Shown here piece by piece: positions 24,028-35,905 of a DNA stretch of 64,000 nt. Source of the DNA: Camelus ferus (lineage: Eukaryota); the NCBI RefSeq assembly GCF_009834535.1, contig NC_045706.1, positions 372,001 through 436,000 of the forward strand, given 5' to 3'. Numbering within the stretch: position 1 is the stretch's first letter; each line of letters opens with the position of its first letter. The position numbers were made by a program, and so were the translations under genes. The notes beneath the pieces are model-generated. The model did no database searches and had not been told where the DNA came from. It saw only the letters and a program-made list of their open reading frames with translations.

Positions 24028-27000
24028 ATGCACGGCCTCGGGCTCCTGCTGCTCAGTGTGCTGTGGCTGCAGGGTGAGTGATGCGCATCCCACTCTGGCT
24101 GGTTCTGTCACTTGGCCCTCTGTGTCCCCCACGGGGCTCAGGGCTGATATCTGGGAATCAGGAGGAGCAGAGGTGGTCACTCAGCAGAGAGGCCCTGGGC
24201 AGGGGACACAGAACCTTCAAAAGGGAACTGTTGAGAATCGGCACCTGGCACTTCCTGCGCTGGAGGTGGGGGCTGGGGCAGGGACACAGCAGGGTGGAGG
24301 ACCCTGCCACTTCCCCTCCATCCTGGGGCCCTGGGGAGATAGCCCACCCTCACTGGGATCCCCCAGCTTGGCAGGGAAGAGAGGACTGAGGACCAACGGC
24401 CTGGGGCCGAGGTGTGGGGGCACCCATTGGGACCTACCTCCTTGGGCCTGCCCCACGAGGCCGTCGTTGGCTGTGGGACAGTTTCCAGGTCTGGGCTAGG
24501 TGAGCTGCCTGCAGGCAGGGGTGGGGGGCTGCCAGGTCCCAGCTCAAGGCAGTTCTGTGGTTAGTTGAGAAGTATAAACCACAGGTGCTGGGTGGGCAGA
24601 CCTGCTCCCTCCGGGGCCAGTGCGCATCCTCAGTTCCTGGGCAGGGAGATGTCCGGTCCACCCTCAGCACCGGGGGGCAGCCTGGTGGGCCCCTGGAAGG
24701 GCTGGCGCTGGGCAGGATCCCTGGGCACTGCCAGGCACGAGTCTGCCTGGCTTCACCCAGGGTGGGGGTCCGATGGTCTTTTTAATGCTGAGCCCCCACT
24801 TGGGCTGGGGAGCCCGACCTCAGACCTCAGTCTCCAGGCGATTCCTTGTGGGGAGGGAGCCCCAGGGCCAGAGAGTGCCCGTGCACCTGCTCACACGGGG
24901 TCTCCCACAGTGGTCGCCCCCAGGGCCGCTCTGCCCCACGTGGAGCAGTACGAGGTGGTGCGTCCCCGGCGCCTGCCAGGAACCCGCACCCGCCGAGCCC
25001 TGCCCTCCCACTTGGTAAGTCTCAACAGGAAGCTGGCCTGGGGTTCCCCACCTCGCTCACCCCATCCCTCTGAGCCAGTTTCCCTCTGAGAGTGAGATGA
25101 TAGCCCAGCCCGATGTGGAGGGTGGCCTTTGGTGCTGAGGGCCAGGTGGACTTCTGGATTTGGGGCAAACCATGGAGAGGGCTCAGCCCACTTGGGCGGT
25201 CTCTGTCCAAGCCACCCCCTTCCCCCAGGCCTCACCTTCTGTCCTCAGCCTCACGCACACCCTGCCTGGGGTGGCACCCACTGCAGCCTCCCTGTCTTCC
25301 TTTCAGGAACCATGCTGGTTGGGCCACTCCTCAGTTTCACTCCAGCGATAAGTCAGATTCCTCTTAGATGGGAGAGGGTGGCTCCCCAGGGTGTGTAGCA
25401 TTACACCTTTCTCGGGCATCTGGAGCGGGGATTCCCCGGGGCTGCCCCAGGGCATTCCTGCGTCAAGTGCACATGAGGATGGGTCTGCCTCTGTGAGTGT
25501 GTGTGTGTGTGTGTGTGTCCGTCCGTCCGTCCGTGCACGCGCGTGTGGGTGTGTGTGGTGTGTATATGTGTATGCGTGTGCCCGTGTGTATGTGGTGTGT
25601 GTGTGTGCATGCGTGTGGCGGCGGGGGACAGCCCCATCCTGACCTCGGTGCAGAAGAGCTGCCTGCCACCTGGGCCCTCAGTCCACCCTGTGAGATAGCA
25701 CACAGTGTCCCAAGGGGCCAGCAGCTGGCAGGGGCGCCCCTCAAATTGGGCCCAAGGTCGGAAGCTCACCTGCTATAGGAGGGACGGCCCCGCCCCACAT
25801 CTCCTCTGGTGCCTTGGTTCTAGGGTTGTCTGTCAGAAGCTGTCTCCCACCTCTTTCTTCCTGGAAAAGGGATGTTGTCACTCTCCCTGCATGGACATAT
25901 GGGGGATGTAAGCCCAGAGGCGCCCGGTGTGGTTCTGGGTGGAGCTCCCTGCTGCCCTGACCCTTCCAGTGCAGCCTTGGGCCCTACCTCCTTCCACTGG
26001 CCTGACTCAGCCACCCCCAGCTTTGAAGTGAATGTGGCTGGGGCAGGTCCCTTCATCTTGGACCCCTCCCTTTCCCCTGGCTCAGGGCCTGTACCCAGAG
26101 AGTGTGAGCTATATCCTGGGGGCCCGAGGGCACAACTTCACCCTGCACCTTCGGAAGAACAGGTGAGCAGGGTCTGAGCCTGCCCAGGTCTCGGTCCCCA
26201 GGCTGGTCCCTCTCCTGCCCCCAGCACTCCTGTGTCCCAGGCGTCCTGCTGCCTGTCCCAGCCTCTCCACACCAGAGGTGGCTTCTAGGGGAAATCAAGT
26301 GGGGCCCAGAGTGCCACAGGGGCTCTTTTCCAGGGACCTGGTGGGCTCAGGCTACACGGAGACCTACATGGCTGACAATGGCTCCCAGGTGACCGAGCAG
26401 CTGCAGAGGCAGGTATGGGCCCCAGGGTGGCCCTCTCCAGGCCGGCAGTGGGGGTACTGGGCGTTGGGGCACCAGAGCAGGGTCCTCATGCCCTCCTCCT
26501 GCAGGATCACTGCTTCTACCAGGGCCACGTGGAGGGGTACCAGCACTCCGCCGCCAGCCTCAGCACCTGTGCTGGTCTCAGGTAGGTGCTGCAACCCCGG
26601 GCCAGGCGTGTCAGTGTCAGGGCCCAACGCACTCCTCCGTCTCCAGGGAGGTGAACCGAGGCCCAGAAGAGAGGGTGGACCTGGGGACACCTGCTGCACT
26701 GGGGTGTCGGGGCCCTAGTCAGATGTCATAGGTTCCCGCAGGGCCCTGAATGCACTGTCTTGCTGCATGTCGCTGGCCAGGGCCACCTGTGCCTCCCTGG
26801 AGGGGCAGGCAGGGGACTGACTAACCCCAAGCCACGTGCTCCCTCTGCCAGGGGCTTCTTCCAGGCCGGCTCCGCCTTCCACCTGATTGAGCCCCTGGAA
26901 GTGGGCGGGGAGGAGGAGCAGCACGCGCTGTACCAGGCAAGGCATCTGCGGCAGAAGGCTGGCACCTGTGGGGTCAGCGACAGCAGCCTGGAGAGCGCCT

Positions 27001-30000
27001 TGGGGCCGCGGATCTCGGCAGCCTTCAGGCCCCGGGTGAGGGGGGCCTGACCCACTTCATCCCCATCCACTTGGGCCCCTGCAGCCCCCAGACTCCTGTG
27101 TGCTCAGCGAAGTGGGGGTGCTGCCTGCCGCCCTGTACTGGGGTGGGCCCAGTCCTGGCTTCCCCGAGCACTGTGTGGGGTCAGTGTGTGAAGGCTGACT
27201 AAGGACAGCAGGGCTGTGGATGTGGCTGTGGCTGACCGAGTTCCTGCCACTGCCCCTCAGAACTGGCCACTATCCCGAGAGACCCGCTACGTGGAGCTGT
27301 ATGTGGTCACGGACAGCACAGAGGTATGTGGGGTGGGCACAGGGGGCAGGACCCAGACGGCTGACAGGCTGCAACCTGAGGGTCTGCTGTCCCCCAGTTC
27401 CAGCAGCTGGGGAGCAGAGAAGCTGTGCGCAGGCGGGTGCTGGAGGTGGTGAACCACGTGGACAAGGTAGGGGCCATTTCTGCCAGGGTGGGGTTCTCCT
27501 CTAGGGGCTGCCAGGGGTCCTCCCAGCAGGGGTTTCCAGGACGTCCGGGTCCATTCCAGACCAGGCAGCCCCCAGCCCAACAGAAACCCTGATTGTGGAG
27601 GTTTGACGGCACCTGGAGAGGAGGGGAGGGGCTGGCTGTGATGGGCCTGGCAGCAGGTAGAGCCAGGGGAGGAGGGAGCTGGGACTTGGCCCCGTCCTGG
27701 TGACAAGTCCATCGCATGGACACTGCCTGAGGGGCGCCGGCCCTCTCACTGACCTAACCGTCTTGAACCTGACCCTCGGGACCCTTGTCCTCCCAGCTTT
27801 ATCAAGAACTGAATTTCCGTGTGGTGCTGGTGGGCCTGGAGATCTGGAACAGTGGGGACAAGATTCACATCAGCTCCCAGGCCAACACCACCCTGGAGAA
27901 CTTCCTGGCCTGGCGGGCTCGGGAACTGGCAGGGCGCCGCCCCCATGACAATGCGCAGCTCATCACGTGAGCGGGGGCAGAGGGCCACACATGGGGCTGG
28001 GAGAGGAGCACCAGGGTGGTCCCGGGGTGTCCACATGCAGACACTGCTCTCGTTTCCAGAGGGATTGACTTCACCGGGACCACCGTGGGACTGGCCAAGG
28101 TGTCCGCCATGTGCTTCCAGGACTCTGGGGCTGTGAACCAGGTGTGGAGATCCGGCCTAGGTTTTGCTGGAAAAAGGCTGGAGCTGGCCGCTGGGTGGGG
28201 AGCAGGGCTCAAGAGCTTGAGCTGGGATGTATGAGGGGGACCTCGGGACTCAGGTCCACCTGCTCGTCCCCACGCTGTTCCCTGGACACCGGAGCAGCTT
28301 TCTCTTTTGGAAGAGGCATTGATGCTTTTACGTTTTAAGAAGTGATGTTGGCAGGAAGTGCCACCAAGGCCCTCAGCCTGCTTGGGGCAGCCAGGGCGGG
28401 AGGGTGGACGGGCCATGTGAGCGGCCCCAGCCAGCACGGCCCTGCCTGCAGGACCACAGCCCGAACCCCATTGGCGTGGCGAGCACCATGGCCCACGAGA
28501 TGGGCCACAACCTGGGCATGGACCACGATGAGAATGTGCAGGGCTGCTACTGCCCCGTGCCACGGTCCGACGGCGGCTGCATCATGGCGGCCAGCATCGG
28601 GTGAGGCCCGGCCCCATCCAGCCTGGGGGCACCCTGGGGGCTGGCGGCCTGCCCACCCCCATGACAGGGATGCCCTCCCCTTAGCTCCAAATTCCCCAGA
28701 AAGTTCAGCCAGTGCAGCCAGACCGACCTGGAGACGTTCGTGGAGAAGCCCAGGACGGCCTGCCTGGTGAACCCCCCGGACCTCAGCCGGCTGGTGGGCG
28801 GCCCTGTGTGTGGGAACCGGTTTGTGGAGCACGGAGAACAGTGCGACTGTGGCTCGCCCCAGGTACAGGGCCAAGCACCCCGCCGCCCTCTGCTCTCCAC
28901 CAGCATAGGGGTGCGGGGTCCCCGTCCCCCAGTCAGGGCGTCCACTCCTCACCTCCCGGGTGCCCTGCATGCCCACAGCCGCACCTGCTGCTCCCTGGCA
29001 CTGACCGGACTGGCAGGGGTCACGGGTGGGAGTGAGCGGACCTCCCGGGGGAGGGGCCCTGGGTCGGCTCAGACCGCTGCCCCTGCGCCTGCCTCTAGGA
29101 CTGCCAGAACCACTGCTGCAACGCCACCACCTGCCTGCTGGCCGAGGGGGCCGAGTGTGCCCACGGCGCCTGCTGCCACGAGTGCAGGGTGAGCACGGGC
29201 CCGGGGGCGCTGGTGACACGGCGCAGGGCAGGCATGGGTGCTGGTGTCCCCTGTTCCCATGGTGAGCTTTGCTCTGCTGGACCAGGTGAAGCCAGCTGGA
29301 GAGCCCTGCCGCCCTGAGAAGGACTTATGTGACCTCGGGGAGTACTGTGACGGCCAGCAGCCAGCCTGTCCGGAGGACGCCTTCCAGGAGAATGGCACGC
29401 CCTGCCCTGGGGGCTACTGCTACAACGGGAACTGCCCCACACTGGCCCAGAGGTGCCAGGACCTGTGGGGGCCAGGTGAGGCGGGCAGGAGCCCTGGGTG
29501 TGGGACCTGCAGGCCTGCCAGGTGGCTGCCAGTCCTGAGCTGGAGGACTCACTGCTCCTGGCCCCACAGGCACTCAGGTTGCCGCGGAGATGTGCTACAC
29601 CTACAGCATCTCCCCAGGCTGCAGGAGCAGGATCCCCCTGGGCTCTGACAGGTAATAGTCCATCTGTGACTTGGCTCCCCTGGGCCCAGGGTGTGGGATG
29701 TCCCCATAGGTGGGGCCACCAAGGAGTCTGCAGGCTGAGTCAGGGGACTGTCCCAGGGCCTGCCCTGCCTTCTAGGACCCCCGTGCGTGCTGCCCTTGTG
29801 GGAGGGTGGGTCACTGTGGCTGGGGGTGTGAACACCTGTGAGTGGACCCCAAAGCCCATCCGAGGGTCCTAGGCCTTACCTACAGCTCCTAGTCCCCTCA
29901 GCAGGAGACGCTGTGGAACTGGCTCCTGGCACATCCCTCTGCCCTCAGGGTCAACATGTGTGGCACTCTGCTCTGCGAGGGCGGGCAGAAGCCCCTGGAG

Positions 30001-33000
30001 CGAGGTTCCTGCACCATCTACTCCCGCATGGGCGCCTGCCAGGCTCTGCACCAGGACGACAGCACTGCCTACGAGCTGGTGCCTGAAGGCGCCAGGTGCG
30101 GGGAGGAGAAGGTAGGGCTGGATGCAGCCTGCAGTCAGACTGCCGGGTCCCCAGGATTAGCTTGAGGGGCCCAAAGCCTGGCAGGAGGAGAGCTGTGCAG
30201 CAGCCTCTGTTCTGGGTAGAAACTCGGGAGGCTCTCAGCGTTGGGGGACTAGCCCCTTCTCAGCTGAGGGGTTTGAAGGCTGTCTGTTCTGCAAGTTCCC
30301 CGGGGACGGGTGGGGCACTCCTCTGTGGCCTTGGGGGCCTAGGCTGGGCTGCAGATGGGGCTGTCCTGGGTGTGGGGCCGTGGCACACCCCTCCCTGTCT
30401 GAAGCACAGCTGCAGGTTTCAGGTGGGCTTCAACTGATGGGGGGGCAGTTTTCCAAGCAGGTTCTAGACTGGCTACCTAAGGGTTCCCCACTGCCCCCCA
30501 GGTTTGCTGGAAAGGACTCTGCCGGGACTTTCACGTTTACAGATCCAGAAACTGCTCTGCCCGGTGCAGCAACCACGGGGTACGTGGGCCCAGGGGACGG
30601 CCTGCCACCAACCCTTTGGGCTCAAAGATATGTAGGCTGTGCTCGGGGCAGCCCAGGCAAACAGGACAGAGGCCCACGCCTGGGGACTGTGCCAGGAGCC
30701 CACGGGGGCCTCTCAGGCCTGGAACTGGTGTGGATCTGGGCATCTCAGGGTGCTCACAGTGCTGGAAGACACACAGGCCAGGCTGGTCAGATTGGAGGTG
30801 TTCTGTTCTGAGCTCCTAATAACATGTACTGTGATGTAGGGGAGGTCAGAGCCCCAGGGCAGGGCCCTCTGTGCCCCCGTCTCGGGGAGGACGGCCCACC
30901 ACGAAGCTGCCCTGCCTGCCCTGCGGCATCTTGCTTTGCTCAGAAAGCTGTGTCGTTCGGAGCCCTCCTCCATCGCCCGGGGGAGGCGCTGCTGTGGGTT
31001 GATGGTGGCAGCCCTGGACGCCCAGCCTGTCCTCCATCAGCGGGGCCGGGGCAGAGCCCCTTGCAGGCTGAGGCCGGGCCTGCTGACTCGGGCGTAGATG
31101 GCACCTGGGTGGGCACCAGGCGGTGCAGTGGCGGGGGTCTGGAGGCCCTGATGTCTGGTTGTCCCCCAGGTGTGCAATCACAAGGACCAGTGCCACTGCC
31201 ACCCAGGCTGGGCCCCACCCTACTGCGCAGAGCTGCTGTCCGATGTGCGCACAGGTAGGGCCCGCACCACCTCCAGGGTCTGGCCAGGGTTCTGTCTTTT
31301 CTCAGACCACCGGGGCAGGGCTGAGAAGCAAGCCAGGTGCCTCTAAACTGTGAGCAGCATATTGAAGACGTGGCTTTGCAGCCCCAGGCATTCTGACCCC
31401 TGGGGTCCAGGGCAGGGCCCAGGAGCCTGTGCCCCCACCTCAGCCCTACACGAGACGAGGGGCCGGCCTGGGTGGATCGGAGCAGGAGCAGCACAGGATA
31501 GCGCCAGCTCCTGGCCGGACTGTCGGCCCCAGCCTGGGCCCGGGGACCTCAGGGCCTCCCACCCTCTGAAGTATCTTCCTCCGCAGTGGCCACTGGACAT
31601 GTGGCCATCCATAGCACCACGGCCTCTAGGCCTGGTTGGGCTCTGCCCACATCACTGTGGGCCTGGGGCCATCCACTGCCAAGCCCTCCGACCGGTCGTC
31701 GGAGAGCCCAGAGCACCAGTGCAATGTACTGGGTCTCAAGGCCGAGGGTCCTTAGATGGCCCTGGGATTTAGGGGAGGACCCAGGACTCCGGGTTGTCGG
31801 CATGGCCAAGGAGGGGCGTGAGGAAGGCACCCCCCGGGGCCCCTGCTGCCCTGAGCCAGGTCCGGCCCTGGTGACACCCAGCCTCCTATGCCCCCATAGC
31901 ATCCAGCAGCTTCCAGATGGGCGTGCTGGTGCCTGTGGTGCTCCTGGTGGCTCTGGCACTCACCGTGGCAGGAGTGGTCATCTATCGCAAGGGCTGGAGC
32001 CCAGTCCGGAAGAGGTGAGGGCTTTCTGGCGTTGCAAGGCACCCATGTGTGCAGAGCGTGCCCCCTGTTCGCACTGTTGGTGAAGGGAACCTCTCACGAG
32101 GGACCCCTGCCTCTTGCTGAATAGGTGGCAAGCAGTGGTGACAGGTTGGTGATGTGCAAGCTCAGAGAGGCCCCTTCCTCCCTCACACACTTGACCCCAG
32201 TTGGCACCGGCCACCCGCCCTCCCTGGACACGGCACTCTGAGCCTGCCCTGCACTGGGGGTCCCTGACACCCGCTCTGTGGGGACCTCGAGCCCCAGGCC
32301 AGCCACAGCAGGGCACCCTTGCCCAGTGGCCTCCAAGCACCTCCCTGCCCAGCTCAGCTGGACCCTAGAACCGATGGGGCCCAGGACACATGAGGCTACC
32401 TCCCCCTCCTCGAGTGGCTGTGACCAGCGCACCACATAGGGGCAGCTACAGCTGAAAAGGACCCTGACCAGGCCTGGGGACCCTACATGAGGAGCCCCAA
32501 GTCCTGGACTGAATCTTGAGGCCAGGACGCACTGACTCATCTTATTTCTCACCAGGAATGTGGCGCCCAAGACGGCCATGGGGCTCTCCAACCCTCTCTT
32601 CCACGAGAGGAACAGCTCACCAGTGAAGGGCAGGGTTACGGCTCCCCCCAAGGGGCCCCCAGAGCCGATCCTCACATCCCATCCCTGCCAACCCCCCAGG
32701 CCCACGGCTTCTGTGGTGACCCCTAAACGGCCTCCCCCTGCTGTAAGCATCTGCCATCCCCAGCGGGCTCCCCAGGCCTCCCCCAAATCTCATGCCAGGG
32801 TACGGTCCCCAGGGGCTTAGAGTGGCCACCACTGTCACCTATTTAGAGGAGAAACAAGGCTTCAGGATGAGCGATCTGAGGACCCACGTAAGCTGGTGGC
32901 AGGATTGAATCTGAGGCCCAAGGCCTTTGCGAGGTCCGTCACCCTCACTGCTGCCCAGTTCCTCCGTGCATCCACAGGTCTGGGGGGCAGGCCCGCAGCA

Positions 33001-35163
33001 GACTGATGGAGGACATGGCCCCACGCGCACATGGGGCTTTATTCTCCCTCGGGGGGGTCCTCAGCTGGGTGAAGGGCAGCTCTGAAGCCAGGGGTTCCTG
33101 CTGGTGGCCGCCCTGTGAGACCCCTACTCATGCCCATTCCCTGCAGCCCCCAGCTGCCATGTCCAGCCCACTCTGCCCAGTCCCTGTGTACACCCAGCAG
33201 GCCCCAGACCAGGTGAGCCATATGGGTGCAGCTAAGCTGTGGAGGTGGAGGGTCTGGGGCTGGATTTGGCCAGGGACCCCAGGGTAGTGGCAGCTGCACC
33301 CTCAGGGGGCTGACCACCTGCCCTGTGGCCCAGTGAGGACATGAACTGGACCTAGGGGACCAGGGGGTCCTGACTGCTCTGCTCTCCCACCAGCCCAGAC
33401 CTGCTCCTCCCGCCAAGCCCCTGCCAGCGCTGAAGCCCAAACAGGTAAGGGGACTCGGCCTTTGGGACGAGGGGCTTATGGGGGCTGCATCATCAGGCTT
33501 CCTCTGGTTTGAGGCTTCAGGGGTTCGGGGAAGCTCTCTCCCAAATACGCATCACTGGTGCCCCCCGCCAGCCCTCTGCCACTGGGCTCGCCGGGGATGC
33601 GCCTTGCACTCTCACAAAGTCTGGCCCTGGAGGGTCCCCTCCATGGCTGGGAGCCCCTCGGGTGCCTCTGGACAGACACACTCACCTCCTGGCAGGCAAG
33701 GGGGGCAGACTGTGAGGGCAGGAAGGCCCCCCAGAGGAACAGGTAGGTGCCCCCCTCCTGGGACAGGGCTCTGCCCACCTGGCGCTCTGTGGGGCCCCAT
33801 GTCAGCCTGTCGTCACAGGGGTGTTAAGTCACTGCTTGGTTGCAGTGGTGTCTGTGGGGAATCAAATCTCTGTAAGGCCCGTCTTCCCTTTGTGGTTAGT
33901 GTCTTGGACATACTTAGAGAGACGCCCGGCCTGTCACTCCTTAGACTGACCCACAAAGCCTCCGGCGGGGTCCTGCCCCATTAAAAGACCACACTATGGT
34001 GTTTGCTTAACAGAAATTCTCTACTTCTCTTTCCTTTTTAACTTTTTACTTTGAAGTAATTTTAGACTTACATTAAAGTTACAAAAATAGTCTTTAAGAA
34101 AAGTCTTAGAAGGGGTCTTGACAGGCCAAACAGGGAAGGGGAGTGGGTAGAGATTTCTGGCCGAGAGTGGTGGCAGCCGTGCGCCGGGATTGTGCTGGAG
34201 GAGGGCGTGCACAGGACTTCCCCCAGCTGCTCAGCAGGCCATTATGAGTATGTGCGCCTCCCTCCATTCCCATTCCGGTTCCTGTGGGCCTGGGCTGAGC
34301 TGGGCTCCAGCTTGAGGTCTTCCTCCTGCACCCTGGAGCCCAGAGCCTAGGTGGCTCTGGAAAAGCAGAAGTGCAAACAAATGCGAATTTGAACTCCAAA
34401 GACTCACATTCTGGCAACTTAAGAGCTTTATTGTGTGGGGTGGATAGGGGTTTTGAGGCGAGATGAGGGAAGAGGGCCAGCTGGTGATGGGCTGATGGGC
34501 CCGGGAATGGGAACCCTGCCACATTTGGGTTTCGTTCTGGGATGGGGACAGCCATGGGTGGGGAGGGTGTTGGGGGAGCTTTTCTTTAGCGAGCTTAGCA
34601 AAGAGAAACCTGAAGGCCAGTCCGGAGCAGAGCAGGGAACCAACCCAGGGAACTTTCTAGAAGGTGCTGGGAAGATGGTGCCCTGGCATGTCCAGCCATC
34701 AGCTGTGTCTACCTCCTCCCAGGTCATCAAGCCAACTTGCACGCCCCCATTGCCACCCGTCAAGCCTGGGGCAGGAGAGGCCAAGCTTGGACCCAGTCAG
34801 GTGAGCCCCTTACACACAGGGCAGTGTCCACCTGCGCTGCCCAAGAGGGTTAACTCTGCTGCATTCTGTCAGTGATGCTGGTCCTACTGGCTGTGAACTT
34901 GCCTTTTTGCTCCACTGGAGTGGGGGGGGGGGGAGTCCACCCTTTATAAAGTGTCAGCTGCTAATATCACAGCTATCACAGCTCTCACTGAGTGCACATA
35001 TTGTGGGATGAACTGAGGATCTGAATTTTTTAAAAAGTGAAAGGAAATTCGATTCAGTTGGGCTCTTTGTAGCAAGTGGTTTTTAAAATCAGTTCTTTTT
35101 TCCTCCTCCAAGGGAGCTGTTGGCTCAAAGGTTGCTCTGAAACCTCTCATCCAGAGGAGGTGA
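24028..35163 (+). CDS. ADAM8: ADAM metallopeptidase domain 8, 24 exons, 837 aa
   Basis: Exons: 24028-24073, 24911-25014, 26086-26162, 26334-26412, 26505-26581, 26852-27035, 27261-27323, 27398-27466, 27797-27966, 28060-28141, 28452-28600, 28685-28862, 29099-29188, 29286-29475, 29570-29651, 29949-30111, 30502-30579, 31170-31254, 31900-32014, 32556-32742, 33147-33212, 33394-33444, 34723-34800, 35113-35163. Total 2514 nt. Signal peptide, intact zinc motif [11 protein letters not shown] (28494-28526), Met-turn CIMA, disintegrin loop [15 protein letters not shown] and Pro-rich tail ending ALKPLIQRR*. Confidence 0.97.
25492..25618 (+). repeat. Compound (GT)n/(GTCC)n microsatellite in ADAM8 intron 2
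   Basis: A pure GT run, then GTCC units, then degenerate GT/GC/AT alternation. Confidence 0.95.
34030..34100 (-). mobile_element. L1M 3'-end fragment in ADAM8 intron 22
   Basis: aactttttactttgaagtaattttagacttacattaaagttacaaaaatagt resembles the recalled antisense end of old L1M subfamilies. Confidence 0.5.
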
Positions 35164-35649
35164 TGGGGCCCGAGCTCAAAGCACCCTGGGGGCATCTGTG
35201 CACCAGTCTGGACGTTGCCTGTGGTTCACAGGACCTTGCCACCCGCACAGCAGATGCAGCCCCCTGGCCCCAGGCCCTCTGTGCTCCTGCGTCCACTGTG
35301 AGAAGTCCTAAGAGAAGCGCCATCTCCTCGTGGCCACGGTCACTCTTCGGCATCCCAGGGTCACAGCCAAGGGCCTCTCCCCCTGGCCTCGGGAATGGGT
35401 CATCTATGCTCTTTCCTGGGGCCAGTCCAGTCCCTCCTCACCCACGTGTCTCCAGACAGCCACTGGGGTCTTGTCTGGGTCTTTGAAACCTCAGGTGCAC
35501 ATTCAGCAGGGCTGAAAGCGTTGAGTTTTTTTGTATTTTATGATTAAGTTCTTGATCAAGTTCTAAATGAGGGGAGATTTTTACTAGGTCAGTGGAAAAT
35601 GGTAAGCCGAAACAATGTGGAATTTATAAGATTGAAGGGTCTAACGCTT

Positions 35650-35682
35650 ATTAAAATAAAACGTCTACTGTAAATGAATAAA
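35650..35682 (+). terminator. ADAM8 poly(A) signals
   Basis: ATTAAA 35650-35655 overlapping AATAAA 35655-35660; second AATAAA 35677-35682 followed by a T-rich tract, about 0.5 kb after the stop. Confidence 0.85.
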
Positions 35683-35719
35683 GTCAAACTTTTCCCCTGC
35701 TTTTCTTCTTAACTTGATC

Positions 35720-35905
35720 GTAAGCCCTCGCGCACCCGAAGTAAACAGCCAGGCCCTCCGGCGCGGAGGAGGGCAGCCGGCGCCCCGCCCCCGGTCTCCC
35801 GGCAACGGCCCCGCCCTTCCGGCCCGTCTCCCGGCAACGGCCTGACGAGCGGCCAGGCCGCCGTGCCGGGCGCCGCCAGGCCGGGCCCCGTGGCCCCGTG
35901 GCCCC
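35720..35905 (+). promoter_or_regulatory. CpG-island promoter with forkhead site and two RFX X-box-like motifs
   Basis: GTAAACA 35741-35747; GTCTCC-C-GGCAAC at 35794-35806 and 35826-35838, each with a GC box upstream. Confidence 0.7.

Noticed and set aside
28335-29219. 294-aa antisense ORF over ADAM8
   Set aside because: Antisense shadow of GC3-rich exons; low complexity, no homology.
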